NCBI GenBank assembly: GCA_030674455.1
Contig: JAUSGQ010000065.1
Location: 1-63,510, forward strand
Direction: 5' to 3'
From: a bacterium
Lineage (GTDB): Bacteria > Patescibacteriota > Minisyncoccia > Phycocordibacterales > UBA2100
DNA: 63,510 bases
The notes under the pieces were generated by a model. The model saw only the letters and a program-made list of their open reading frames with translations, did not search any database and was not told where the DNA came from. How positions within the stretch are numbered: position 1 is the first letter of the stretch; every line of letters starts with the position of its first letter. Of the stretch, positions 19,421 to 26,924 are shown piece by piece. A program made the position numbers and the translations under genes.

Positions 19421-19549
19421 TAGTATGCAGTATTCAGTATTCAGTATTCGGTATAAGAAGAGAGACAAGAAATGCGATGCATCCGTATTTCATACTGAAT
19501 ACTGTATACAGAATACGGAATACTCCCCGCGGGCGCTACGCGCCCGCGG
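19421..19549 (+). repeat. heptad/hairpin module 3
   Basis: A GTATTCA/GTATTCG array, an inverted ATAC array, and a 10+10 hairpin at 19527-19549 with a TAC loop. Confidence 0.85.
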
Positions 19550-21062
19550 TGTGACGGTGATACTCGTTCTCGCATTCATGGGAGTTTTTGCGCTGATTAC
19601 CGGAAGTATCGCGAGTTACGTTCTTGAGCAGGGAAAATACGGTCGCGCGCTTTTTGCGCGCGAACAGGCGCTCCACATTGCCGAAGCCGGTCTCGAATAT
19701 TACAAGTGGTGGCTTGGCCGCCAGCCCTCAAGCGTCCTTACAACCGGTGTCGGCCTGGTTTCACCATCCACATACACCGTGAACGACCCCGAAGGCGGAA
19801 CATTAGGAAGCGCGGTCATAACCGCGACGCCATCTTTGCAATGCGGAGCTGTGCAATGGATAGACCTCGCGTCCCGCGGAACCTCAAATTCATCCGTCGG
19901 TTTTCCCCGAACTCTCCTAGCCCGCTATATGAAGCCCTCCGTCGCGGAGTATTCGTACCTGTTCAATAATACGGTCTGGATAGGCAGCACGGATTCTGCA
20001 ATCGGCCCGCAACACGCAAACAATGGTTTCCGCATGGATGGATCGAGTAATTCCACCATTTCCTCTGCTGTCTCACAGGTATATTGCGACGGTACCGCGG
20101 CTTCTCTTGGTTGCAATGGCGTCTCGCCCAACCCCGGTCCAGGATTAAAAAATGGCGTCTTCGGATTGAGTTTAAATCAAGCTCTCTGGCAGTATGGAAT
20201 TCCACCTATTGACTTCCCCGGCATGGCTGTCAGTTTCCCAACGCTTAAAAACTATGCTTCACAAAACTCAAGCGGCGGAATCATGCTGGGCAAGAATTCC
20301 GTAATCCAGGGTTCCCGAACATGGACGTGGAACCCGCCAACCGAAGTTGGCGGTGCGGAGACGAACGGGTATCACCTCGTCTTCAAATCGGATGGCACAG
20401 TTGACATTTATCGAGTCACCGCGACGAACGGCAACAATACGATATACAGCGGAAATATTTCATATGGCTCTACTGGCGCTACGGTATGGAAATACACCTA
20501 TCCGGTCATTGCAACGCAATCACAAATATTTGTAGCTAACGTATTGGTTCCATCTGATTGTTCACTCATATTCTCACAGGCCAAAACGTGGATTGACGGT
20601 ACGGTAAAAGGAAAAGTCACCCTCATTGTGGCCGACCCCGACACCTCGTTTGTTCCGGATATTATTATCAATGACAATATTTCGTATACCACGAACGACG
20701 GCTCGAGCGGGCTCACGGCAGTTGCTGAGGGTTCTATCAGGATTGGCCTCGTAGTACCCGACACGCTTTCGGTGCGGGGAATTTTTGTTGCCCAGACCGG
20801 CAACTACAGTCGCGATTATTACTATCCCGCAACTGGATATCTCCCATCGGCCTATTATCCATACGCGACACGTACTCGTCTTAATTTGACCGGAACCGTA
20901 GTGTCAAACCAACGCGCAGCGCTTTGTTACGGGGGTACTCCGTGTGTGTCCGGATTCAACAATAGAACCAACGCGTACGACAGAGTACTCGCATCCTCTC
21001 CGCCTCCATTCACGCCTGCTACAAGCGCCGATTACAAACTGTCGTTGTGGCGCGAACAGTAA
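19425..21062 (+). CDS. PilX-N-like pilus-associated protein
   Basis: Hydrophobic N-terminus G|VTVILVLAFMGVFALITGSIASYV followed by ALHIAEAGLEYYKWWL (PilX_N-like). No Glu at +5. Confidence 0.65.
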   Translation: MQYSVFSIRYKKRDKKCDASVFHTEYCIQNTEYSPRALRARGVTVILVLAFMGVFALITGSIASYVLEQGKYGRALFAREQALHIAEAGLEYYKWWLGRQPSSVLTTGVGLVSPSTYTVNDPEGGTLGSAVITATPSLQCGAVQWIDLASRGTSNSSVGFPRTLLARYMKPSVAEYSYLFNNTVWIGSTDSAIGPQHANNGFRMDGSSNSTISSAVSQVYCDGTAASLGCNGVSPNPGPGLKNGVFGLSLNQALWQYGIPPIDFPGMAVSFPTLKNYASQNSSGGIMLGKNSVIQGSRTWTWNPPTEVGGAETNGYHLVFKSDGTVDIYRVTATNGNNTIYSGNISYGSTGATVWKYTYPVIATQSQIFVANVLVPSDCSLIFSQAKTWIDGTVKGKVTLIVADPDTSFVPDIIINDNISYTTNDGSSGLTAVAEGSIRIGLVVPDTLSVRGIFVAQTGNYSRDYYYPATGYLPSAYYPYATRTRLNLTGTVVSNQRAALCYGGTPCVSGFNNRTNAYDRVLASSPPPFTPATSADYKLSLWREQ

Positions 21063-21089
21063 GCCATCTCAAAAAACTGACCCGATAGA

Positions 21090-21287
21090 CTAAAAAGCTC
21101 CATCGGGTGGCGGTGGCTCACATCCTCCTCCGTCGGGCGGAGGGTCAACGTGTGTGGGGTCATTCCCGCCGTTGTTGTTATCAGAGTTGTCTGACGGTGG
21201 GGGGTCGGGAATCCACAAGTAGGTGACCACAAACTCGTAGCCATCTTCCCTGGTTCCTGTTTTTATTTTGTTCACTGAAATCCACAT
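21090..21287 (-). CDS. possible small Pro/Asp/Gly-rich protein (65 aa)
   Basis: The ATG is the first triplet of the 21285-21322 palindrome. Composition is odd, so it may be non-coding. Confidence 0.25.
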   Translation of the reverse strand: MWISVNKIKTGTREDGYEFVVTYLWIPDPPPSDNSDNNNGGNDPTHVDPPPDGGGCEPPPPDGAF

Positions 21288-21322
21288 CAGCTACTTCATG
21301 CCATGGCATGGAGTAGCTGATG
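21285..21322. promoter_or_regulatory. palindrome with ATGCCATGGCAT core (copy 1)
   Basis: CATCAGCTACTtcATGCCATGGCATggAGTAGCTGATG. Confidence 0.75.
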
Positions 21323-21410
21323 TTAAAGAAATCATGGAATTACGAAATAATACATCGCTGGCATAATACGAATTTAAAATAATCCGCTTTTTTGAGATTC
21401 TTAACGAATT

Positions 21411-21977
21411 CTAGCGGAGATTAAAGTGCTTCTTAATCCAGCCGTCGTTTTCTATTGTTTCGACTACAGCATACAAAACATCTTTGCCGATTCGCATATC
21501 CGCTTTAAGAAGAGTAATGAGTTCCTCGCAGTCATAGGGGAATACCCACACGCTGTTCTGAAGCCGCAAAAAACCGCACTCTCGGATAAACGCTCGCACT
21601 CGCTCTCTGTCTGCCTTGCGCCTTTGCGATATGTCGAACATGACGATTCGGTACCTTTTATCCCATCGTTTTTTGCGCGCCGACATTAGCCGGGTTCTCT
21701 CTTGTTCAATCGCGAGCGCGCGAGCGCCCTCATCGGTAATTTCAAGGAATTTCTTTCCTTTTCTTTCCACAAAGCGGACAAATCCCCGCACAACAAGCCG
21801 CGAGACTGCAGTGCGCGCCTGAAAAGCGAGTTGATAGCGCTTCTTTCCCATCAATCGCGGGAAAGCTTGGAAAATGTTCGGAGCAATCATTGTTATGGCG
21901 ATAATTCCTGCGATTTCCACGGTTGCAAGTACGGCACTCTGGACATATCCGAGCCGCCGCAATTTTCGTGCCTTCAT
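21411..21977 (-). CDS. wHTH regulator with PaaX-C/Cas2-fold-like C-terminal domain
   Basis: C-terminal motif RYRIVMFDISQRRKADRERVRAFIRECGFLRLQNSVWVFPYD. Start chosen at MKARKL (21977), with the ATG at 21992 as an alternative. The track start at 22142 reads through the upstream palindrome. Confidence 0.7.
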   Translation of the reverse strand: MKARKLRRLGYVQSAVLATVEIAGIIAITMIAPNIFQAFPRLMGKKRYQLAFQARTAVSRLVVRGFVRFVERKGKKFLEITDEGARALAIEQERTRLMSARKKRWDKRYRIVMFDISQRRKADRERVRAFIRECGFLRLQNSVWVFPYDCEELITLLKADMRIGKDVLYAVVETIENDGWIKKHFNLR

Positions 21978-22002
21978 CTCCACATTTCCCATATTGGCTA
22001 TT

Positions 22003-22038
22003 CTATGCCATGGCAGAGAGTAGCCAATGTTTAACTTC
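22003..22038. promoter_or_regulatory. palindrome with ATGCCATGGCA core (copy 2)
   Basis: ATTGGCTAttctATGCCATGGCAgagagTAGCCAAT, 11-26 nt upstream of the regulator start. Confidence 0.75.
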
Positions 22039-22179
22039 ATGCGCATGTGGATAATTACATGTTGATAATCAAATGCATAAGACCAATGCCTGCAAGGTGG
22101 GCCAGTGTACACAAACTGTATAAATAACAGATATTTTTTCAAAAACAGTGTGTTACAATCACTTTCATAACAAATCTAT

Positions 22180-22941
22180 ATGGCTGGAAAAACTATCGTC
22201 GTCGCAAATTGGAAGATGAAGCCGGCGACGTTCCGCGATGCAAAGAAACTCTTTGACGCGACAAAGAAAGTTGCGGAGAAATGCCCGAAAGTTTCTTTGA
22301 TAGTTGCGCCGCCGTCGCTCTACTTGCACGAGATTGCCTCCAAATATCGAGGGAAGCGGATTTCTTTTGGCGTGCAGAACGCCCATGCAGAATTAAGCGG
22401 CGCGTTTACGGGAGAGATTTCGTTGGCGCAGGCAAAAGATGCAGGTGCGCAGTACGCGCTTGTGGGTCACTCGGAGCGTAGAGCGGCGGGAGAAACGAAC
22501 GAAGAGACCGGAAAGAAAGTAGCCGCTGCATTGGCGCAGAAAATAACGCCGATTTTGTGCATTGGCGAGAGGGAGCGTGTTTCGGGAGGCGAGCATTTCA
22601 GTATTATCGCGGAGCAGTTGCGTGCTGGTCTTGCCGATGTTTTGCCGGCAAAGATTTCCAAGGTCATCGTCGGCTATGAGCCGGTATGGGCTATCGGGGG
22701 CGAGACTACGATGAGCCCCCGCGAGATGCATTCGATGTCAATTTTCATCAGAAAAACGATAGTCGGCATTTACGGGGACATAGGACATTCCACAAAAATC
22801 CTCTACGGAGCGTCCGTGGGAGAAAAAAACGTGCTTGCGATGTTGCGCGAGGGAAACGTGCGCGGATTTATCGTCGGACACGTGAGTACCGACCCCGAAA
22901 GGTTTGCAACTCTGTTAAAAGTAATTCAGAATGAGGATTAA
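22180..22941 (+). CDS. tpiA: triosephosphate isomerase
   Basis: VVANWKMK, VGHSERR and YEPVWAIGG. Confidence 0.95.
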   Translation: MAGKTIVVANWKMKPATFRDAKKLFDATKKVAEKCPKVSLIVAPPSLYLHEIASKYRGKRISFGVQNAHAELSGAFTGEISLAQAKDAGAQYALVGHSERRAAGETNEETGKKVAAALAQKITPILCIGERERVSGGEHFSIIAEQLRAGLADVLPAKISKVIVGYEPVWAIGGETTMSPREMHSMSIFIRKTIVGIYGDIGHSTKILYGASVGEKNVLAMLREGNVRGFIVGHVSTDPERFATLLKVIQNED

Positions 22942-22943
22942 GT

Positions 22944-24083
22944 ATGCGTTGCATAGATGAATTGCCGGCAGAAGAGCTTAAAGGAAAGCGCGTACTCGTT
23001 CGTTCCGATTTTAATGTGCCTTTGAGCGCGGATGGAGAAGTCGGCGATGTTTTTCGGTTGCGGCGCGGCTGGGAAACAATTGAGTATCTTTCTAAGCGCG
23101 GTGCGAGAGTCATCATTATTTCTCACATCGGGCGCGACCCGGAGCAGTCAATCGAGCCGGTCGCCAGGGCGCTCAAAAGATTCGGCGAGGTAGTTTATGT
23201 TCCCGACATTACCGGTGCCTCCGCGAAGGGCGCCGCGAGCGCGATGCGCGATGGTGAAATTTTGCTGCTGGGAAATCTTCGCAGCGACCCTAGAGAAAAG
23301 AAGAATGATGAAGCGTTTGCGCGCGAGCTCGCAAGCCTCGCGGATATTTTCGTGAGCGACGCGTTCGCGGTTTCTCATCGCGAAGACGCTTCTCTCGTAG
23401 GAATTCCGAAATTTTTGCCGAGCTATGCAGGTCTGCTTTTGCGCGACGAGATTACGCATCTCACAGAGGCACTCGAGCCGCCGCAGCCCTCAATCGCGAT
23501 AATAGGCGGGGCGAAATTCGAAACGAAGGACCCCATTGTTCGGCTGTTTCTTGAGAAATACTCGCATGTCTGCGTCGTGGGGGCCATCGCCAGCGATTGT
23601 CTTAAGGGAAACGGATTTCCGGTGGGTCGCTCACGCGTTTCCGAGCATATGCCGGCTCCGGAAGTTTGCAGCAATCAGCTTTTGCTCACACCGGTGGACG
23701 TGACGGTTGAAGATTCCGAAAAGCACGTATCGGTAAAGAAACCGAAAGACGTTCTACCGGACGACAAAATCGTTGACATCGGGCCGGAAACAGTTGCCGC
23801 TCTCGCCCCGCATATTGCGGAAGCGAAATTCATAACGTGGAACGGGCCGACAGGAATCTTCGAAGAGGGATTCATTTCCAACACGAGCGCAATCGCAGTT
23901 CTCATTGCCAAGCGTATAGAAAAAGGAGGCGCGCACTGCGTCATAGGCGGAGGCGACACGATTGCCGCGCTCAAAGAATCCGGCGTGCCGGAAGAAAAAT
24001 TGGGATTTTTCTCCACGGGCGGAGGAGCAATGTTAGAATTTCTACTCAAAGGAACGCTTCCTGCAATAGAAGCATTAGGGTAG
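22944..24083 (+). CDS. pgk: phosphoglycerate kinase
   Basis: RVLVRSDFNVPL, ISHIGRD, GGAKFETK and STGGGAMLEFL. Confidence 0.95.
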   Translation: MRCIDELPAEELKGKRVLVRSDFNVPLSADGEVGDVFRLRRGWETIEYLSKRGARVIIISHIGRDPEQSIEPVARALKRFGEVVYVPDITGASAKGAASAMRDGEILLLGNLRSDPREKKNDEAFARELASLADIFVSDAFAVSHREDASLVGIPKFLPSYAGLLLRDEITHLTEALEPPQPSIAIIGGAKFETKDPIVRLFLEKYSHVCVVGAIASDCLKGNGFPVGRSRVSEHMPAPEVCSNQLLLTPVDVTVEDSEKHVSVKKPKDVLPDDKIVDIGPETVAALAPHIAEAKFITWNGPTGIFEEGFISNTSAIAVLIAKRIEKGGAHCVIGGGDTIAALKESGVPEEKLGFFSTGGGAMLEFLLKGTLPAIEALG

Positions 24084-24087
24084 GTTA

Positions 24088-24122
24088 GTGAATACATTGA
24101 GATGTCATCTCAATGTATTCAC
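24088..24122. terminator. 35-nt palindrome between convergent pgk and HIT genes
   Basis: GTGAATACATTGAGATG t CATCTCAATGTATTCAC. It overlaps the HIT stop codon. The same core occurs at 29233-29253. Confidence 0.7.
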
Positions 24123-24535
24123 TGTGGCAGGTGCGCTTTGATTTCTTTCTGAACTGAAACGGCCTCTCCTTCTTTATATGGCGACTGGCTCCAGAGCTTG
24201 AAGCCGTCTCCTTTGAATCGCGGAATTATGTGGACATGCAGATGGTCAACGACTTGCCCCGCGTGTTCGCGATTATTCATATTGATGTTGATGCCGTCGG
24301 CCTTGACGGCTTTTTCAATGACTGGAGCAAGTTTGCGAACCGTTTTTGTTACCGCCAACCAGTCCTCAACTGCCGAATCAAATATGTTTCTCGAATGATT
24401 TTTCGGCACAACGAGCGTGTGCCCGCGGTTTACGGGACGAATGTCCAAAAATGCGAACGTCGCGTCGTCCTCATATATTTTGAATGAGGGAATTTCGCCT
24501 TTTACAATTTTGCAGAAAATGCATTCGGCGCTCAT
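24119..24535 (-). CDS. HIT-family (histidine triad) protein
   Basis: CIFCKIVKGEIP and HLHVHIIPR. The ATG at 24535 is preferred, because the track TTG start at 24583 reads into the heptad array. Confidence 0.9.
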   Translation of the reverse strand: MSAECIFCKIVKGEIPSFKIYEDDATFAFLDIRPVNRGHTLVVPKNHSRNIFDSAVEDWLAVTKTVRKLAPVIEKAVKADGININMNNREHAGQVVDHLHVHIIPRFKGDGFKLWSQSPYKEGEAVSVQKEIKAHLPQ

Positions 24536-24542
24536 ATATGAA

Positions 24543-24604
24543 GTATACCGTATACTGTATGCCGTATACATACTGAATACCAAATACTAAATACCAAATA
24601 TAAA
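24543..24604. repeat. GTATNNN x4 directly abutting ATACNNN x5 heptad arrays
   Basis: GTAT cores at 24543, 24550, 24557 and 24564. ATAC cores at 24570, 24577, 24584, 24591 and 24598. The array sits in the divergent HIT/recJ spacer. Confidence 0.9.
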
Positions 24605-24605
24605 T

Positions 24606-26279
24606 ATGGAATTATCTGAACTGGTGCGAACCCTGCTGAATAAACGGGGAATCGAATCCGACGAGGCGATGGCGGCATTTCTCGCTCCCAACTATGACTC
24701 CCATACTCATTCGCCGTTTCTTTTGGAAGGAATGGATAGGGCGGTCGTTCGAATACTTTCGGCGATAACGCGCGGAGAGCGCATCGCTATTTACGCCGAT
24801 TTTGATTGCGACGGCATTCCCGGCGCCGCGGTGCTCTCGGATTTTTTCGCGAAGATACAATACGGAAATGTTGAAACATATCTGCCGCATCGCGACCGCG
24901 AGGGTTACGGGTTTCACATTGAGGCGATAGAAGCGCTCGCGGCGCGGGAAGTGAAATTAATAATCACAGTGGATGTGGGAACAAACGCGACTGAAGCAGT
25001 GGCTCGCGCAAAGGAACTAGGCATTGATGTTATCGTAACTGACCACCACGAAGTTATCGGGACTCTGCCTCAAGCGGTTGCTATTCTCAATCCGAAAATC
25101 TCTCCATATCCCTTTCAGCATTTGTGCGGAGCTGCTGTCGCTTTCAAACTTGTGCAGGCGCTGTTAATTGAAGGGCGCAAGCACAGTACTCCGCATTTCC
25201 ACGATATTCCCGTGGGGTGGGAAAAGTGGCTCTTGGATTTAGTCGGCATCGCGACGATTGCCGACATGGTTCCGCTTACAGGCGAGAACAGAGCGCTCGC
25301 ACACTTCGGGCTCGCGGTTCTCCGCAAGTCGCCCCGCCCCGGCATCATCGCGTTATGCAATTGTTTGCGGTTGCGCAAAAACGAAATTACTGAAGACGAC
25401 ATCGGTTTTTCATTTGCTCCGCGCATCAATGCAGCATCGCGCATGGACGAGCCGGATTTGGCGCTGCGGCTTTTGACGACGCGCGATTCGCAAGAAGCGG
25501 ACAAACTTGCTATGCATCTTGAGAGACTGAACACGAGCCGAAAGGGAATCGTGGGAGGCGTCGTGCGTGAAGCAAAACGGCGCGTTCGCGAGCGCTTCGG
25601 GGCGGATGAACGCGTTGTCGTGTTGGGCGACACGGATTGGAAACCGGCGCTTTTGGGGCTCGCGGCGAATTCCGTGATGGAAGGGCGAAGCGGCATTGTT
25701 TGCCTGTGGGGGCGCGACGCGCAAGGTCGGCTCAAGGGCTCCTGCCGCTCCGACGGAAGCATTTCCGTTGTCGAACTTTTTGCGAATTCAGGCGATGCGC
25801 TTCTGGAATACGGAGGGCACAATGCAGCGGGCGGATTCTCTGTCTCTCACGAGCGCGTACACACTCTTCACGAGGAACTGGTTCTCGCGTCAAAGGATTT
25901 GTGGAACAAGACAAAGGAAAATATCGAGTCAAAGTCAGACGCGCGCGCCGCGCTTTCCGAAGTAACCCCTGCCTTATTCAAGGAGCTTTCTTGTATGGCA
26001 CCGTTTGGAATGGGAAATCCAAAACCGGTGTTTCTCGTCACAGGCGCCACGGTTTCAGCCGTTAACACATTCGGACGGACAAAAAATCATATTGAAGTCT
26101 TGCTTTCGTGCGCGCGTACAGGAGTTACCGCGCGCGCGTTCGATTTTTTCAAGACGGCCGACTCATTCACTCACGCGCCGCAAAAAGGCAATAACGTGAA
26201 CATTCTCGCGACAATCGAGCGCGACTCTTTTCGCGGAGGGCTCGCGCTTCGCATTGTTGATATTGTTCCGGCTACCTAA
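24606..26279 (+). CDS. recJ: single-stranded-DNA-specific exonuclease RecJ
   Basis: DHH-family motifs IYADFDCDGIPG and VTDHH, plus a DHHA1 region (GGHNAAGGFS). Confidence 0.9.
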   Translation: MELSELVRTLLNKRGIESDEAMAAFLAPNYDSHTHSPFLLEGMDRAVVRILSAITRGERIAIYADFDCDGIPGAAVLSDFFAKIQYGNVETYLPHRDREGYGFHIEAIEALAAREVKLIITVDVGTNATEAVARAKELGIDVIVTDHHEVIGTLPQAVAILNPKISPYPFQHLCGAAVAFKLVQALLIEGRKHSTPHFHDIPVGWEKWLLDLVGIATIADMVPLTGENRALAHFGLAVLRKSPRPGIIALCNCLRLRKNEITEDDIGFSFAPRINAASRMDEPDLALRLLTTRDSQEADKLAMHLERLNTSRKGIVGGVVREAKRRVRERFGADERVVVLGDTDWKPALLGLAANSVMEGRSGIVCLWGRDAQGRLKGSCRSDGSISVVELFANSGDALLEYGGHNAAGGFSVSHERVHTLHEELVLASKDLWNKTKENIESKSDARAALSEVTPALFKELSCMAPFGMGNPKPVFLVTGATVSAVNTFGRTKNHIEVLLSCARTGVTARAFDFFKTADSFTHAPQKGNNVNILATIERDSFRGGLALRIVDIVPAT

Positions 26280-26302
26280 AGAATGGTGATAAAATCACTT
26301 TT

Positions 26303-26353
26303 GTGGAAAAAATAATTATATATACCGATGGGGGAGCGAGAAATAATCGCTAG
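26303..26353 (+). pseudogene. relic 5' fragment of a divergent rnhA allele
   Basis: VEKIIIYTDGGARNNR* compared with intact MTRLVIYTDGGARNNPGP. Seven of the 10 shared codons differ, and all differences are synonymous. Confidence 0.55.
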
Positions 26354-26465
26354 GCCACCTGGGAAACCCACGGTTTTCCCATTCCTTCCTCCACGGGAAA
26401 ACAATTGTTTTCCTGACCCCTTTCAAGGCCCCGGATTATTTTGTGATGTATAGTTAAGCGATAAT

Positions 26466-26882
26466 ATGACAAGGCTTGTAATCTATACAGATGGTGGTGC
26501 ACGAAACAATCCGGGGCCCGCTGGCGCGGGAGCTGTCATCATTGATGGCGCCAAAAAAATCGAAATAAAGAAATTTCTCGGCAATCAGACTAATAATTGG
26601 GCAGAATACGAAGCGGTTGCGCTCGCACTTGCGGAGGCAAAAAAGCGCGGGTTTGCAAAACGCGCAATTGAAGTGCGGCTCGACAGCCAGCTTGTCGCCG
26701 AACAGCTCTCGAATCACTACCAGATAAAGGAGGAAACGCTCTGGCCGCAGTATATGAAAGTACACAATCTACTGGTCGCGAATTTTCCGGACGCGGTTTT
26801 TAATTATGTTCCCAGAGAGCAAAATAAAGAAGCAGACCGGCTTGTGAACGAAGCAATCGATGAAGCGAATTCCCCGAGGTAA
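26466..26882 (+). CDS. rnhA: ribonuclease HI
   Basis: IYTDGGARNNPGPAGAGAVI, TNNWAEYEAVALAL and NKEADRLVN. Confidence 0.9.
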   Translation: MTRLVIYTDGGARNNPGPAGAGAVIIDGAKKIEIKKFLGNQTNNWAEYEAVALALAEAKKRGFAKRAIEVRLDSQLVAEQLSNHYQIKEETLWPQYMKVHNLLVANFPDAVFNYVPREQNKEADRLVNEAIDEANSPR

Positions 26883-26920
26883 CTCCTCACCGAAGGGGAG
26901 GTGTTTCCTCGGGGAATTTC
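26867..26920. terminator. hairpin AATTCCCCGAGG...CCTCGGGGAATT overlapping the rnhA stop
   Basis: 12-bp arms at 26868-26879 and 26907-26918 with an inner CTCC...GGAG stem. Confidence 0.6.
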
Positions 26921-26924
26921 TTAA

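Noticed and set aside
15192-24604. CRISPR array interpretation of the repeated GTAT/ATAC arrays and other tandem repeats
   Set aside because: The repeat unit is 7 nt with no unique spacers. The other direct repeats occur only twice. No cas genes are present. The Cas2-like fold in the PaaX-like proteins is fused to a wHTH and is not next to any array.
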